From the IMG/VR virus record IMGVR_UViG_3300011815_000001: a DNA stretch of 37,643 bases; one strand, given 5' to 3'. Numbering within the stretch: the first letter of the stretch is position 1; the number at the start of each line of letters is the position of its first letter. Of this stretch, positions 27,991 through 36,975 are shown in pieces. The notes under the pieces were generated by a model. That model was not told the origin of the DNA. It saw only the letters and a program-made list of their open reading frames with translations, and did no database searches. Source of the DNA: an uncultured virus (IMG/VR IMGVR_UViG_3300011815_000001). Its lineage: Duplodnaviria; Heunggongvirae; Uroviricota; Caudoviricetes. The position numbers and the translations under genes are program-made.

Positions 27991-28102
27991 TGCATGAAGT
28001 GTTGGTATGACTGAATTTGTGAGGGTTTAGGTGGAAGGGAGGTAAGTAGTGTAATCCTGAACAAGTGGGAATAATTGATTTGATGAAAATACGGAATGGG
28101 AT

Positions 28103-28600
28103 ATTTAATTAAAATTTAATTCTGAGAGACGTTTTAATATTGGAATGAAGAATGAATCCACTTTAGGATTAAATCACCTGTACGATTTCTGTGGAATACG
28201 AGAAGAGTATCTAGAGGAACATTTGTATAGTGAGCTGGAAGATGTAGCTATAGGTTGGAATCAGTTAGATGTGATTAGAGCGCGGTAATTCAAATTTAAT
28301 TAATTCCAATTGATTTCAGATGCGTTAGGGTTGAGATGAACAATTAATCCACTTTGAATCTAAAGTGACTGTACGAATATCCTCGAATTAAATAGAGGTA
28401 TATGGAGTGGATAGGTAGGATTGAGGAATAGGGAGATGATTTAGTGTGAGAAATATGAGAGTTGAATCATGCGGAAAAATATAGTGTGGCAAATTTAATT
28501 AAAATCAATTGAAATTAGACACTTTAATGTTAAGAGGATAAATTGGTAGGGTAAGTAGCTAGGACATCTCACAGAATACTACAGTAATTAAATATGGGAT
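28103..28600 (+). repeat. Degenerate tandem repeats with a period of about 191-199 bp
   Basis: ATTTAATTAA at 28103, 28294 and 28493. AATCCACTTT at 28155 and 28346. CTGTACGA at 28178 and 28369. Confidence 0.7.
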
Positions 28601-28677
28601 GTTGAGTGGTAGGTGAGGTTGGAATGTGAGTAGGATGAGCGAAAGGTTGGATATGGATAAATTTATAAATAATTGTG

Positions 28678-28707
28678 TTGACTTATATGTATGCAATAGT
28701 GTATAAT
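28678..28707 (+). promoter_or_regulatory. Orphan sigmaA-like promoter
   Basis: TTGACT, 18 bp, TATAAT. Confidence 0.5.
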
Positions 28708-29173
28708 CCCTAACCTTTGAGTAAAGAGAGAAAATCTTAAGATAAGTGGGAATAGAATGAGCTTAAATACAGTGTTTAATAGGGTTGATTGAGGAATAGA
28801 CTGGATGAGTAGAGTAGAAAGTGGATGACTGTTCGGATTGAAAATGGATACGATAAGATCAAAATTGAGTGTCGAGTAGGAATGGAGTATTGATGAGAAA
28901 TGAGGAGTACAAATCAAGTGAAATGTAGTGAGGAGTAGGGTTCATTAAGGATGGATAGGTAGGATTGGAAAGAGTAGGGGTATATAGGGTGAGAGGAGAG
29001 TTCGGGAAAAGGGTATTAAATAAAGGGATGAATGGGAATATTGGGGAGATAATGAAAGGAGAGGAGTAGGAGGTGAAAAAAGTTGAGGGAGGAAAAGGCA
29101 GTGATTAATAGGGTTGGTTCGGAACGATTCGAGAGGGAATTCGATAGGAAAGGTGAGGATAGGATGAATTATG

Positions 29174-29203
29174 TTGACGTAGAGGTAGGAAGTGTGATAT
29201 AAT
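29174..29203 (+). promoter_or_regulatory. Orphan sigmaA-like promoter with extended -10
   Basis: TTGACG, 18 bp, TGa-TATAAT. Confidence 0.55.
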
Positions 29204-29604
29204 GTTAAATTTTATGTGAAGAGGAAATATGAGGAAAAGTAAGATGAGGGAGAGTGAAAAATAAAACAGGGTGTGTTTGTGTAAGTGGTAGGGGTAGTTT
29301 TCAGGTAAACATGATCTAATTATTGGAAACTATGCCCCCGTTTTAAGCTTATAAAATGCAGTAAATAAGCGGTCTAAACGTAGTTATAATAGTAATTATA
29401 TCTATCCACCTTATAATACTTATAATAAACAGGTAAAACAATCCCATTAAAACGGAAATTTGATTAATACCTAGTAAATCTATAAGGATAATATATAATA
29501 TGGAAAAATCCTATACCCTTTAAGCCTATTAATAGTTATATTTATATACCCTGTGAGGGTATCGTTGTATAACAGTGAGCACAAATTCAATGACTTACTA
29601 AATC

Positions 29605-29719
29605 ATAACTTTTTCTTATTACTATTCCTAATTTCGATAACTTTTCATTATCATTCCTTTTCCATCTTATCTATAACTATTTCTTATCATTATCACGCTA
29701 TATCATAACTTTTAGTTAT
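29605..29719. repeat. Four phased quasi-palindromes ATAACTNTTNNTTAT
   Basis: Copies start at 29605, 29637, 29673 and 29705 (spacing 32, 36, 32). Confidence 0.65.
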
Positions 29720-29823
29720 CATACTTCTCCCAATCCATTCCATCTCACACTTTCAAAATTACTATTCCTAATTATAAAATTACATATTTCAAAATGAAAA
29801 ATCCTAATATCCATCATCAAATA

Positions 29824-29893
29824 AAAATATGAACATAGTTACTCCTTATCTATATAATATATAAAAGATAAGGGGAGGGTATGTTCATATTTT
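29824..29893. repeat. Long hairpin downstream of the 359-aa gene
   Basis: AAAATATGAACATA/TATGTTCATATTTT outer stem with an inner CCTTATC/GATAAGG stem. Confidence 0.7.
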
Positions 29894-29912
29894 ATCATTC
29901 ACTATTTATTTA

Positions 29913-30992
29913 CTATTTCTTATCCTTTTCAGCTATCTTTATCAGCCTTCTAATCAACTTATTAGTATCTGTAATATAACTTTCATCTTTCCTTACTCCA
30001 ATCATCTTACTACTACCTATTCCATTCCTAGCCTTATCATGTCTATCCTTACTATTCTTTGAAATGGTATTACTGATTTGCTCATTTAGCTCTAAGAATA
30101 AACTTATTTCCTCTTTACTTTCTAATATGAATTGATCTACGCTACTATTATACTTTGCTTCTATATGGTCACTATTGAATATCATCTCATATGATTTATA
30201 ATAAGTGATTAAATTATATTCCTTTTGCAGTTGTTCCCTGACTTCATTGTAAAACTTTTCAGCTATTCCTATTTTCATTACTTCCTGTAAAGTATTCAGG
30301 TTATACTTATTTAATAATTCATGCTGTATTCTAAGTATTGCCTTTGTTTCTTCTTCTGTTGCTTCTCTATGCTTCCGCATCAAGTAATGCGACTTATATA
30401 TAGAGTTTTCCTCCATATCCCCATATTCATCTATTACTGTTTCATGTTGCAATAGTATATCTTCGTTTTCTATCTTATCCACTTCTACAACTGTAAAAAC
30501 ATGTTGCCATTGGATAAGCGATTGACTGACTAAACTATTCAATGCTTTTTCTGTATTTCTTTCCAGTAAGTCGTCACTAGTCCTATAAAAGTCTAGTATG
30601 GTTTCTTTAGGTATTCCAGTATTATGAGATAACCTCATTTGTTTATATTTAAACTCACTGTATTGTTTATTAATCATCTTTAATAATTTGAGTAGCTTGC
30701 TTTTAGGTATGTATAATCTTTCTTTTAGATAACCTTCGTTAACGATATGATGCAATATTAATTTTTCGATAATGGGTATGTATTGAGTAATATTATTATT
30801 AGGTGAGAGGGGAACTTTATATATTTCATCTAGTATAAACTTATGTCCTTGTTTATGGTAACTGAAATAGCGCTCAAAATCTTTTAGTTGTGCTTTCCTG
30901 CTGTTTCCCTCTAATATATCCACCTCCAATAAAGCACACAATTCCTTATAATTCTTTACGATCATTCCCACACTTAATTTTTCTACTTTCAA
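29913..30992 (-). CDS. Hypothetical phage protein, possibly DNA-binding
   Basis: 359-aa ORF with GGAGG SD and TTG start. The N-terminal KNYKELC.LL...GNS..AQ motif is familiar from Firmicute phage proteins. Confidence 0.7.
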   Translation of the reverse strand: MKVEKLSVGMIVKNYKELCALLEVDILEGNSRKAQLKDFERYFSYHKQGHKFILDEIYKVPLSPNNNITQYIPIIEKLILHHIVNEGYLKERLYIPKSKLLKLLKMINKQYSEFKYKQMRLSHNTGIPKETILDFYRTSDDLLERNTEKALNSLVSQSLIQWQHVFTVVEVDKIENEDILLQHETVIDEYGDMEENSIYKSHYLMRKHREATEEETKAILRIQHELLNKYNLNTLQEVMKIGIAEKFYNEVREQLQKEYNLITYYKSYEMIFNSDHIEAKYNSSVDQFILESKEEISLFLELNEQISNTISKNSKDRHDKARNGIGSSKMIGVRKDESYITDTNKLIRRLIKIAEKDKK

Positions 30993-31199
30993 CTAATCAA
31001 CCTCCAATGTATTAATTAATATTTATATACAAACTTTTCCTGATACCATCACTATAAGAAAATACATACAGATATAATAAGAGTATCATATCCAGTATAG
31101 CATACAATATTTAACTTGTATACAGTTATTCAATATAAATTTATAAATAATAATTAATTTCAGTCCATACAAAAAAGGAAAGGGGAATTATCCCCAATC

Positions 31200-31403
31200 C
31201 TACATGCTACTATATTTAATCATCAACTTCTTACTGACTAACTCCTCTAAATTTATTAAGCGCTCGTTCTCTATATCCTCAATATGCCTATTTATTTCAT
31301 AATCACAATAGCCCATTTTCTTTAATTGTCGCTTACAGTGTGCAACTAATAACTTTTGTGCATGATCTGATAATTCAGTAACCCAATATTTAATATTCAT
31401 CAT
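31200..31403 (-). CDS. Hypothetical protein
   Basis: 67 aa, TAATG coupling to the upstream gene, AGGAG SD. A GGGA/TCCC hairpin with a U tract follows at ~31171-31195. Confidence 0.6.
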   Translation of the reverse strand: MMNIKYWVTELSDHAQKLLVAHCKRQLKKMGYCDYEINRHIEDIENERLINLEELVSKKLMIKYSSM

Positions 31404-31768
31404 TAAGCAACTCCTTTCATTTTTAAAATGTTTTGCAAGCCGCTATACTTCAAGTTTTGCACCAATAAACATTCCACATTGTTTTTATCGCTATTGATCC
31501 TTATTCTTTCTGGTATTAAGTTTTCAAAACGACCCAGTGCTGTATAATAAGTTTTGCCGCTACATTCTAATTTTTCATTTCCATACATTGATTTCAATTT
31601 ATTATTTATTCCTCCAATGCTTTGTGTGGTCGTGTGTGTGCCGTTATTATGGTCAATGATTAGATATGTAAATTTATTGACCATACTTTTTAAATTAATT
31701 TGCGTATAATCATTTTTATTAATAGTTCCGATAGGGTGGGGAATAAAGTTTTTAATATTGTTTGTCAT
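31403..31768 (-). CDS. Hypothetical protein
   Basis: 121-aa ORF with AAGGA SD. Confidence 0.6.
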   Translation of the reverse strand: MTNNIKNFIPHPIGTINKNDYTQINLKSMVNKFTYLIIDHNNGTHTTTQSIGGINNKLKSMYGNEKLECSGKTYYTALGRFENLIPERIRINSDKNNVECLLVQNLKYSGLQNILKMKGVA

Positions 31769-31796
31769 TTCAATTCCTTCTTTCTTTTATTTTGTA

Positions 31797-31898
31797 TTAT
31801 TTATTATACTTGAATAAGTCTATGCCTTTTGTTAATTTAATACGTGTTGCTGGTTTGTCATACTTGTATAAGTCAATGCCTTTAGTTAGTTTTATCAT
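31797..31898 (-). CDS. 33-aa internally duplicated peptide (absent from the ORF track)
   Basis: AAGGAGGT SD, then MIKLTKGIDLYKYDKPATRIKLTKGIDLFKYNK. Confidence 0.7.
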   Translation of the reverse strand: MIKLTKGIDLYKYDKPATRIKLTKGIDLFKYNK

Positions 31899-31984
31899 GT
31901 GAAAACCTCCTTTATTTCTTAATATAATTATTAATTTATTGGAATTTTTCAATCCCATTCGTAATTATTAGCAAACCCTATAAA

Positions 31985-33190
31985 TTACAGATTTATAATT
32001 ACTGGGTGAAAATCTACACCCTTTATTCCGTCAGCAAATGCGTTTGGAAATACTTTTCTAATAATGTTCGATGCGCCGTTAATATCTGCATTAATAAATA
32101 ATCCGTCTTTTGATTGATATAATCCCCGTTTAACTCTTTTACCACTAAACTTAACACCTTTATACATGTCGTCATTATCAATGAAGCTTGCTTTTGATGT
32201 GTAACTCTCTTCTATTAGAATCATTTTAATACCAATATCTTTAAGTTTATATTGTAATTGAAGAATTACTTTCTCAAATGGTAGTTGTATAAAATTTCTC
32301 TTTCTTTTAGAAGATTGTTTCCATGTCTTATTCTTGCCAATCACCACAACATCCACATTAAATGCCTTACAATAATTAACTAAATACTTTGTAGCTTTAT
32401 GGATATAGTTATCAATTTTATTATCACGCTTTAATGTAAGTTGCGATATTTTATTACTCCAGTTCAAACCATTTACCTTCTTTAATTCAGATTGAATCCT
32501 AGCTTTCCTCATATTGTAATATTGATTCATGCTTTTTAAGGGTTTCCCATTAATAACAAATGGTACTTCTCCGAATGTATTTTGTACCGTCATTAGGTTG
32601 TTTAAACCTAAATCAATGCCTATAATACGACTGCTTACTTCATTAATTTCAGGAACTTCAATTTCATACACGACCTCAATTACATAGTAGCCATTCTTAG
32701 GTATGATTCTAGTTTGTATGTGTTTTCCTTGTATTTTAGTTTTTATCAAGCCATTGTATGGGTGAAAAGGTTTAAAACTAAAATATAAGTTGTTACCTTT
32801 AATTAATGTTTGTGTATTCGTCAGAACACAAATGAATCTTCCTTTGTCTTTATCCAAGTAATTCGGCAAACGTGGTCGCCCTAAGTATTTGCTCGGATTT
32901 TTACTCCAATCTTTAATCGCAACGAAGAAAGATTTCCAATTTCGTTCTAAGATTTTAAGAGTATGTTGACCTGAATTACTCTTGATAGCTTTAAATGATT
33001 CTTCTGTTTTCATTATTTTAGCCATGTGAGAATAGGGTAGAAACTTATTGTTATTTATAAACTCTTGTCTAACAATGTAATTAGCATGATTGTATAAATC
33101 CTTAGACAACTTACAATATTGATTACAAATTGCGAACATTTTATGATTCTTATTTATGATATGGCGTTCAACACGGTTTTCCTTTTTCAA
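31985..33190 (-). CDS. tnpB: TnpB RNA-guided nuclease (IS200/IS605, IS1341-like, no TnpA)
   Basis: LYN.ANY..RQ, GRPRLP.Y, RuvC-I IGIDLG, VVIGKN, EESYTSK and RuvC-III INADING. 401 aa. Confidence 0.92.
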   Translation of the reverse strand: MKKENRVERHIINKNHKMFAICNQYCKLSKDLYNHANYIVRQEFINNNKFLPYSHMAKIMKTEESFKAIKSNSGQHTLKILERNWKSFFVAIKDWSKNPSKYLGRPRLPNYLDKDKGRFICVLTNTQTLIKGNNLYFSFKPFHPYNGLIKTKIQGKHIQTRIIPKNGYYVIEVVYEIEVPEINEVSSRIIGIDLGLNNLMTVQNTFGEVPFVINGKPLKSMNQYYNMRKARIQSELKKVNGLNWSNKISQLTLKRDNKIDNYIHKATKYLVNYCKAFNVDVVVIGKNKTWKQSSKRKRNFIQLPFEKVILQLQYKLKDIGIKMILIEESYTSKASFIDNDDMYKGVKFSGKRVKRGLYQSKDGLFINADINGASNIIRKVFPNAFADGIKGVDFHPVIINL

Positions 33191-33226
33191 TTTTTCACCT
33201 CCCTTCCAGTTATTTAATTTTAATTT

Positions 33227-33505
33227 TTAGAACAAACTTTCACGGATTAGGTTATAAAGATATTTCCGTCTGGTTTTACCCATGCTATACCTGAAAATAT
33301 TTGATAAGTCAGCATCTACAATATAAACATTTTGACCTCTTAAATTTTCTAACGATTCAAGCGAGTAATAGCGGTTTCCATTTTCTATATAATAATACAA
33401 TACAGTTGTTTCCGTTGCTTCATAGCTTTCTAATACTTCAATATCCCATATGACTTGATTCACCAATACATTGTCTTCATTTTCGAATAATGTATAGTAA
33501 TTCAA
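33227..33505 (-). CDS. Hypothetical protein
   Basis: 92 aa, AGGAGG SD, TTG start. Confidence 0.6.
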   Translation of the reverse strand: MNYYTLFENEDNVLVNQVIWDIEVLESYEATETTVLYYYIENGNRYYSLESLENLRGQNVYIVDADLSNIFRYSMGKTRRKYLYNLIRESLF

Positions 33506-33564
33506 TTAAATACCTCCTATTATTTAATTTTAATTTACAATTAGGATATACATATTAGATATTT

Positions 33565-33819
33565 CTATTCAGCAATTACATAATAACTGTGTGTTTGTTC
33601 TCCATCATACCAGACGTTTGAAACATCTAAACTATCCAGAATTTCATCGTATGACATGCCTGTTGTATCAACTCCAATGTATTGTGCAACTTCTTCACTA
33701 TTGTCTGATACAAGTACAGTAGTTTCATTAGAATTAATAGTCCATCCAGTTTCCTTAAAATATTCATTGATTAACTGATATTCCTGTTCGGTTGCTTTTC
33801 TCATTTTTAAAAACTCCAT
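33565..33819 (-). CDS. Acidic hypothetical protein
   Basis: 84-aa ORF. The start is probably 33804, after GGAG. Confidence 0.55.
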   Translation of the reverse strand: MEFLKMRKATEQEYQLINEYFKETGWTINSNETTVLVSDNSEEVAQYIGVDTTGMSYDEILDSLDVSNVWYDGEQTHSYYVIAE

Positions 33820-33861
33820 TCTATTTTATTTTGTTTGCCTATCAAATATAAGTTTTACCTG

Positions 33862-34269
33862 TTACTCGTATTCAACCTCATTTAAGCCGACAAGCTCCCA
33901 TAATTCATCATCTGCAAATACACCAACAAACTTTTTACCATGATGCAATGTATTAGTATCAATTTTTAATTCAGGTAAAATTTTATAGTCATTATGTCCA
34001 ACAAATATTACATTTTCGTATTCAGCTAACGGATCAAGGAAATACATTCCTTCATCATTACTGTACATATAGAATAGGGTAGTTTCATTTGATTCTAAAC
34101 CGTTTGTAAGTGAATTGTTTCCGCAATAGTCTGGATTAGGTCTGTCACATATTTCAGTAGCTATAAATTGTGCTTCATAATCTAAATTATTACTTGTTAT
34201 TGCATGTGCCTGGCTAGCTCCAAAGATAGTTGATACTGACAAAATAGCTGTTAATAATAATTTTTTCAT
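33862..34269 (-). CDS. Secreted protein with a Sec signal peptide
   Basis: MKKLLLTAILSVSTIFGASQAHA with an A-x-A cleavage site, GAGG SD. Confidence 0.7.
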   Translation of the reverse strand: MKKLLLTAILSVSTIFGASQAHAITSNNLDYEAQFIATEICDRPNPDYCGNNSLTNGLESNETTLFYMYSNDEGMYFLDPLAEYENVIFVGHNDYKILPELKIDTNTLHHGKKFVGVFADDELWELVGLNEVEYE

Positions 34270-34316
34270 TTTAATATTCCTCTTTTCGTTTTGTTTAGTT
34301 TATTTAATAATAATTT

Positions 34317-34502
34317 TTAAAACATTTTATATAATTCGTTTAATTCTTGCTCATGTTTTGCAATTTCTAGATGTGTTTTAAAGTTGTTGTTATCTTTCAA
34401 CTCACGTTTTAAAGCACTAATTTTATTTTCAAGGTAGGGTATAGCGTATACTGCAATCTGTCGCTTGGTCATATGATTAAACCTCTTTTCTAATAATGTC
34501 AT
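34317..34502 (-). CDS. Small coiled-coil protein
   Basis: 61 aa, overlapping the end of the upstream gene. The start may be internal (MTKRQ) after GAGG. Confidence 0.5.
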   Translation of the reverse strand: MTLLEKRFNHMTKRQIAVYAIPYLENKISALKRELKDNNNFKTHLEIAKHEQELNELYKMF

Positions 34503-34728
34503 TAAATAAAGCCTGTGACGTTACTTCTTTATATACATTTCCATCGTTATTAAATATAATGAAATACTCATAACCGTAATATGAGCTGTATGTCTTTTGC
34601 ACGTCTATAATTTTAATTTCTGAATTAGGGTATTTTTCTTGTATGAAAGAGTATAAAATATTTCCCAATTCTTCAGGTGTTAAATTTAAGTGTTTAAATT
34701 CAAATAAAACATTTTCAAATTTTTTCAT
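34477..34728 (-). CDS. Hypothetical protein
   Basis: 83 aa, GGAGG SD. Confidence 0.6.
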   Translation of the reverse strand: MKKFENVLFEFKHLNLTPEELGNILYSFIQEKYPNSEIKIIDVQKTYSSYYGYEYFIIFNNDGNVYKEVTSQALFNDIIRKEV

Positions 34729-34790
34729 TTGTAAAGCCTCCAGTTACATTTTATTTTTTGATTGAATTATGAAAGGGGACATTTTACCAA

Positions 34791-35357
34791 TTAAAGATTG
34801 CTTAAAAATTCGCTTATAACGTCTTTTTGCAATTCTTCAAGTTCATTCTTTAAAACCTCTTCAAGATTTCCGTAACCGTTAATTCTTACAATTTCAGTGT
34901 TTCCAGTTATGTTACCCATAAAGAAGTACATTCTTGTTATATCTACTTTGCCATTCTCATTCAATGGATATAATTCAAGTTCTTCAACTTCTTCAAGTGT
35001 AAAATAGTCTTGAGTTATTTCTTCAACTTTAAGCTCACTCGCTAGGTTTTTAATTGTGTAAAGATCGTCTACATAGTTGTATGCATAACCAGAACCAAAA
35101 TCTACAATTTCAAGCTCTGAAAACTTTTCAGCTATTTCATTTATTGTATATACATTTGAATATTCACCAATATTAAATGGTGCTTCATAATCGGCTATCA
35201 TGTATTCTTCATACTCTTCATTTATTCCGATTGCTTCAAAAGTTTCCTGAATTTCTTCATTTGTAGCAGGTAGTGACAACCATTTGAAAACAAGTTCACC
35301 TTCATTGTATTTCCCTAAGTTTTGTAAGCACACGTTGATTTCAATTGTTTTTGTCAT
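34791..35357 (-). CDS. ardA: ArdA antirestriction protein (DNA mimic)
   Basis: NLGKYNEGEL..KWL.LP and EEYMIADYE motifs, highly acidic, AGGAG SD. Confidence 0.85.
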   Translation of the reverse strand: MTKTIEINVCLQNLGKYNEGELVFKWLSLPATNEEIQETFEAIGINEEYEEYMIADYEAPFNIGEYSNVYTINEIAEKFSELEIVDFGSGYAYNYVDDLYTIKNLASELKVEEITQDYFTLEEVEELELYPLNENGKVDITRMYFFMGNITGNTEIVRINGYGNLEEVLKNELEELQKDVISEFLSNL

Positions 35358-35483
35358 TTTAATGATCTCCTTTGAGTGAGTATCTACTCACTGTTTTATT
35401 TGTTATACCTATTATACAATATAAATTTATTGTTGTATAGTCATTTCTTATAATAAATTATAATTATTTTGTATTAATTATTT

Positions 35484-35547
35484 AATGAATTTCTTTAGGC
35501 TTATAAACCTTATTAGATCAACGTTTATAAGCCTAAAGAAATTCATT
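35484..35547. repeat. Perfect 25-bp inverted repeat with a 14-bp spacer
   Basis: AATGAATTTCTTTAGGCTTATAAAC / GTTTATAAGCCTAAAGAAATTCATT. Confidence 0.9.
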
Positions 35548-35581
35548 CAAAGAGTTCTTTTATTTGAAGTGCTATTTCAGG

Positions 35582-35764
35582 TTAAATTGTACTTAATACT
35601 TGTTTAACTTCCATATACTCAATACCATTTAGAATTTCTGTACCATTGCCCCAACCGTCTAATTCATTTTCGATAATGTCTAATATTGTTTCCTTGTCAT
35701 ATTCCTTTAAAGCAACTTTTAGAGCCTTTCTAACATTCATAAAACGTACTAACTTTTGCATCAT
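35582..35764 (-). CDS. Hypothetical protein
   Basis: A GGAGG SD places the start at MMQKL. Confidence 0.6.
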   Translation of the reverse strand: MMQKLVRFMNVRKALKVALKEYDKETILDIIENELDGWGNGTEILNGIEYMEVKQVLSTI

Positions 35765-35855
35765 TTTAATTTCCTCCAATTATTTTATATTTGTTTTTAA
35801 CACCGAATAAAATTCACAATTGATGAGAAGTGAGGAGGTGAATACCTCCCGTTAA

Positions 35856-36368
35856 TCAGTATGATTCAAAAGCTACACCGTTTAAATAAATACTATAATT
35901 AAAATCACTAGCTAAATTTTCTAGTGCTACTTGAACTAATTGATTATTAATATTTAACATATCAAGTAAATCTTTAGGAATTTCAATATCAATACGATAT
36001 GACCATAAATAAACGTCAACTTCATTCAGATTCAACCAGCCTTCATTTATTAAATTATTTTCTGATTCTGTATCAGTTTCATCATAATTCTTTTCAAGAG
36101 ATGTATTAATTTTTATATGCTTGTTTAGTTGATCGTATAAATCCAAACCTGATAAAAACATTAAACCATCAAATAAAGTATAAAAATGTTCAATTCCAAC
36201 AATCTCATTAGTTGTGTAGTCAATAACTAGTGGCTCTAGCTCTTTTAAAAGTAGCTCTAAGTTACTGTTATTTTCCGTTAATTGTACTAAGATTTCATCT
36301 GATAACTGACGTTTAACCGTCCAAACCTTCAATTCCTCAATAGTGTAATTTAAAGTTGTCATTTTCAT
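35856..36368 (-). CDS. Acidic hypothetical protein
   Basis: An AGGAGG SD at 36372-36377 places the start at 36368 (MKMTT), not 36437. Confidence 0.65.
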   Translation of the reverse strand: MKMTTLNYTIEELKVWTVKRQLSDEILVQLTENNSNLELLLKELEPLVIDYTTNEIVGIEHFYTLFDGLMFLSGLDLYDQLNKHIKINTSLEKNYDETDTESENNLINEGWLNLNEVDVYLWSYRIDIEIPKDLLDMLNINNQLVQVALENLASDFNYSIYLNGVAFESY

Positions 36369-36580
36369 TTTCCTCCTATGTGGTAGTATATACCATTTAA
36401 TTATAATTGTTTTGTGCTTCATTGGGTAGCACTGCACCGCATTAACTACTGCTTTTAGGAAGCATAACCTTTAATGTTTAAAATTTAATTGAAGGGAACT
36501 AGTATTTTAATTCCCTTTATAAAATTTTAAATCCTAATCAAGTATGTATTTTAATGAAAGGGAAGGGGAAGCTATTCCCC

Positions 36581-36817
36581 TTAATTATTCGTTTGGTACT
36601 TGTAAAGTGAAACTGATTTAAAATCTTTTGTGCAAGCTACCATATAATACTCACTACCATTTTTGTAATAGTTACGAGTATAGTTATCAACATCAGAAAA
36701 GAAAATCATTTCTGCGTTATTAATGTATTCACTGAATGAGCCGTGTAAAGCATTTCCTTCTACTAAAGTGAATGAACCATTTTTGATTACCTCGTTAATT
36801 TGATCTACTGTATACAT
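36581..36817 (-). CDS. Hypothetical protein
   Basis: A GGAGG SD places the start at MYTVD. A GGGGAA/TTCCCC terminator-like hairpin follows. Confidence 0.6.
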   Translation of the reverse strand: MYTVDQINEVIKNGSFTLVEGNALHGSFSEYINNAEMIFFSDVDNYTRNYYKNGSEYYMVACTKDFKSVSLYKYQTNN

Positions 36818-36839
36818 AATTAATTCCTCCAATTTTTAG

Positions 36840-36950
36840 TTAATCACTGAATGAAAAGCTATATGCTCATATCCTCGCTACTTTGTAACCTTGTACGCTC
36901 GTTCCTGTTAGGGAAGTCTTGGCGACTATAACGCTTCATTCAGTGATTAA
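36840..36950 (-). ncRNA. Candidate structured leader RNA closed by a perfect 16-bp stem
   Basis: TTAATCACTGAATGAA (36840-36855) / TTCATTCAGTGATTAA (36935-36950) enclose 79 nt of GC-richer sequence. Confidence 0.45.
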
Positions 36951-36975
36951 GTTGTTTTGTTTAACTTGTAACTTT

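Noticed and set aside
28663..28917. 84-aa minus-strand ORF
   Set aside because: No SD, and its composition simply reflects the pyrimidine-rich strand of the skewed tract.
28103..29773. CRISPR array in the non-coding region
   Set aside because: The repeats are degenerate or too short, there is no constant repeat with unique spacers, and no cas genes are present.
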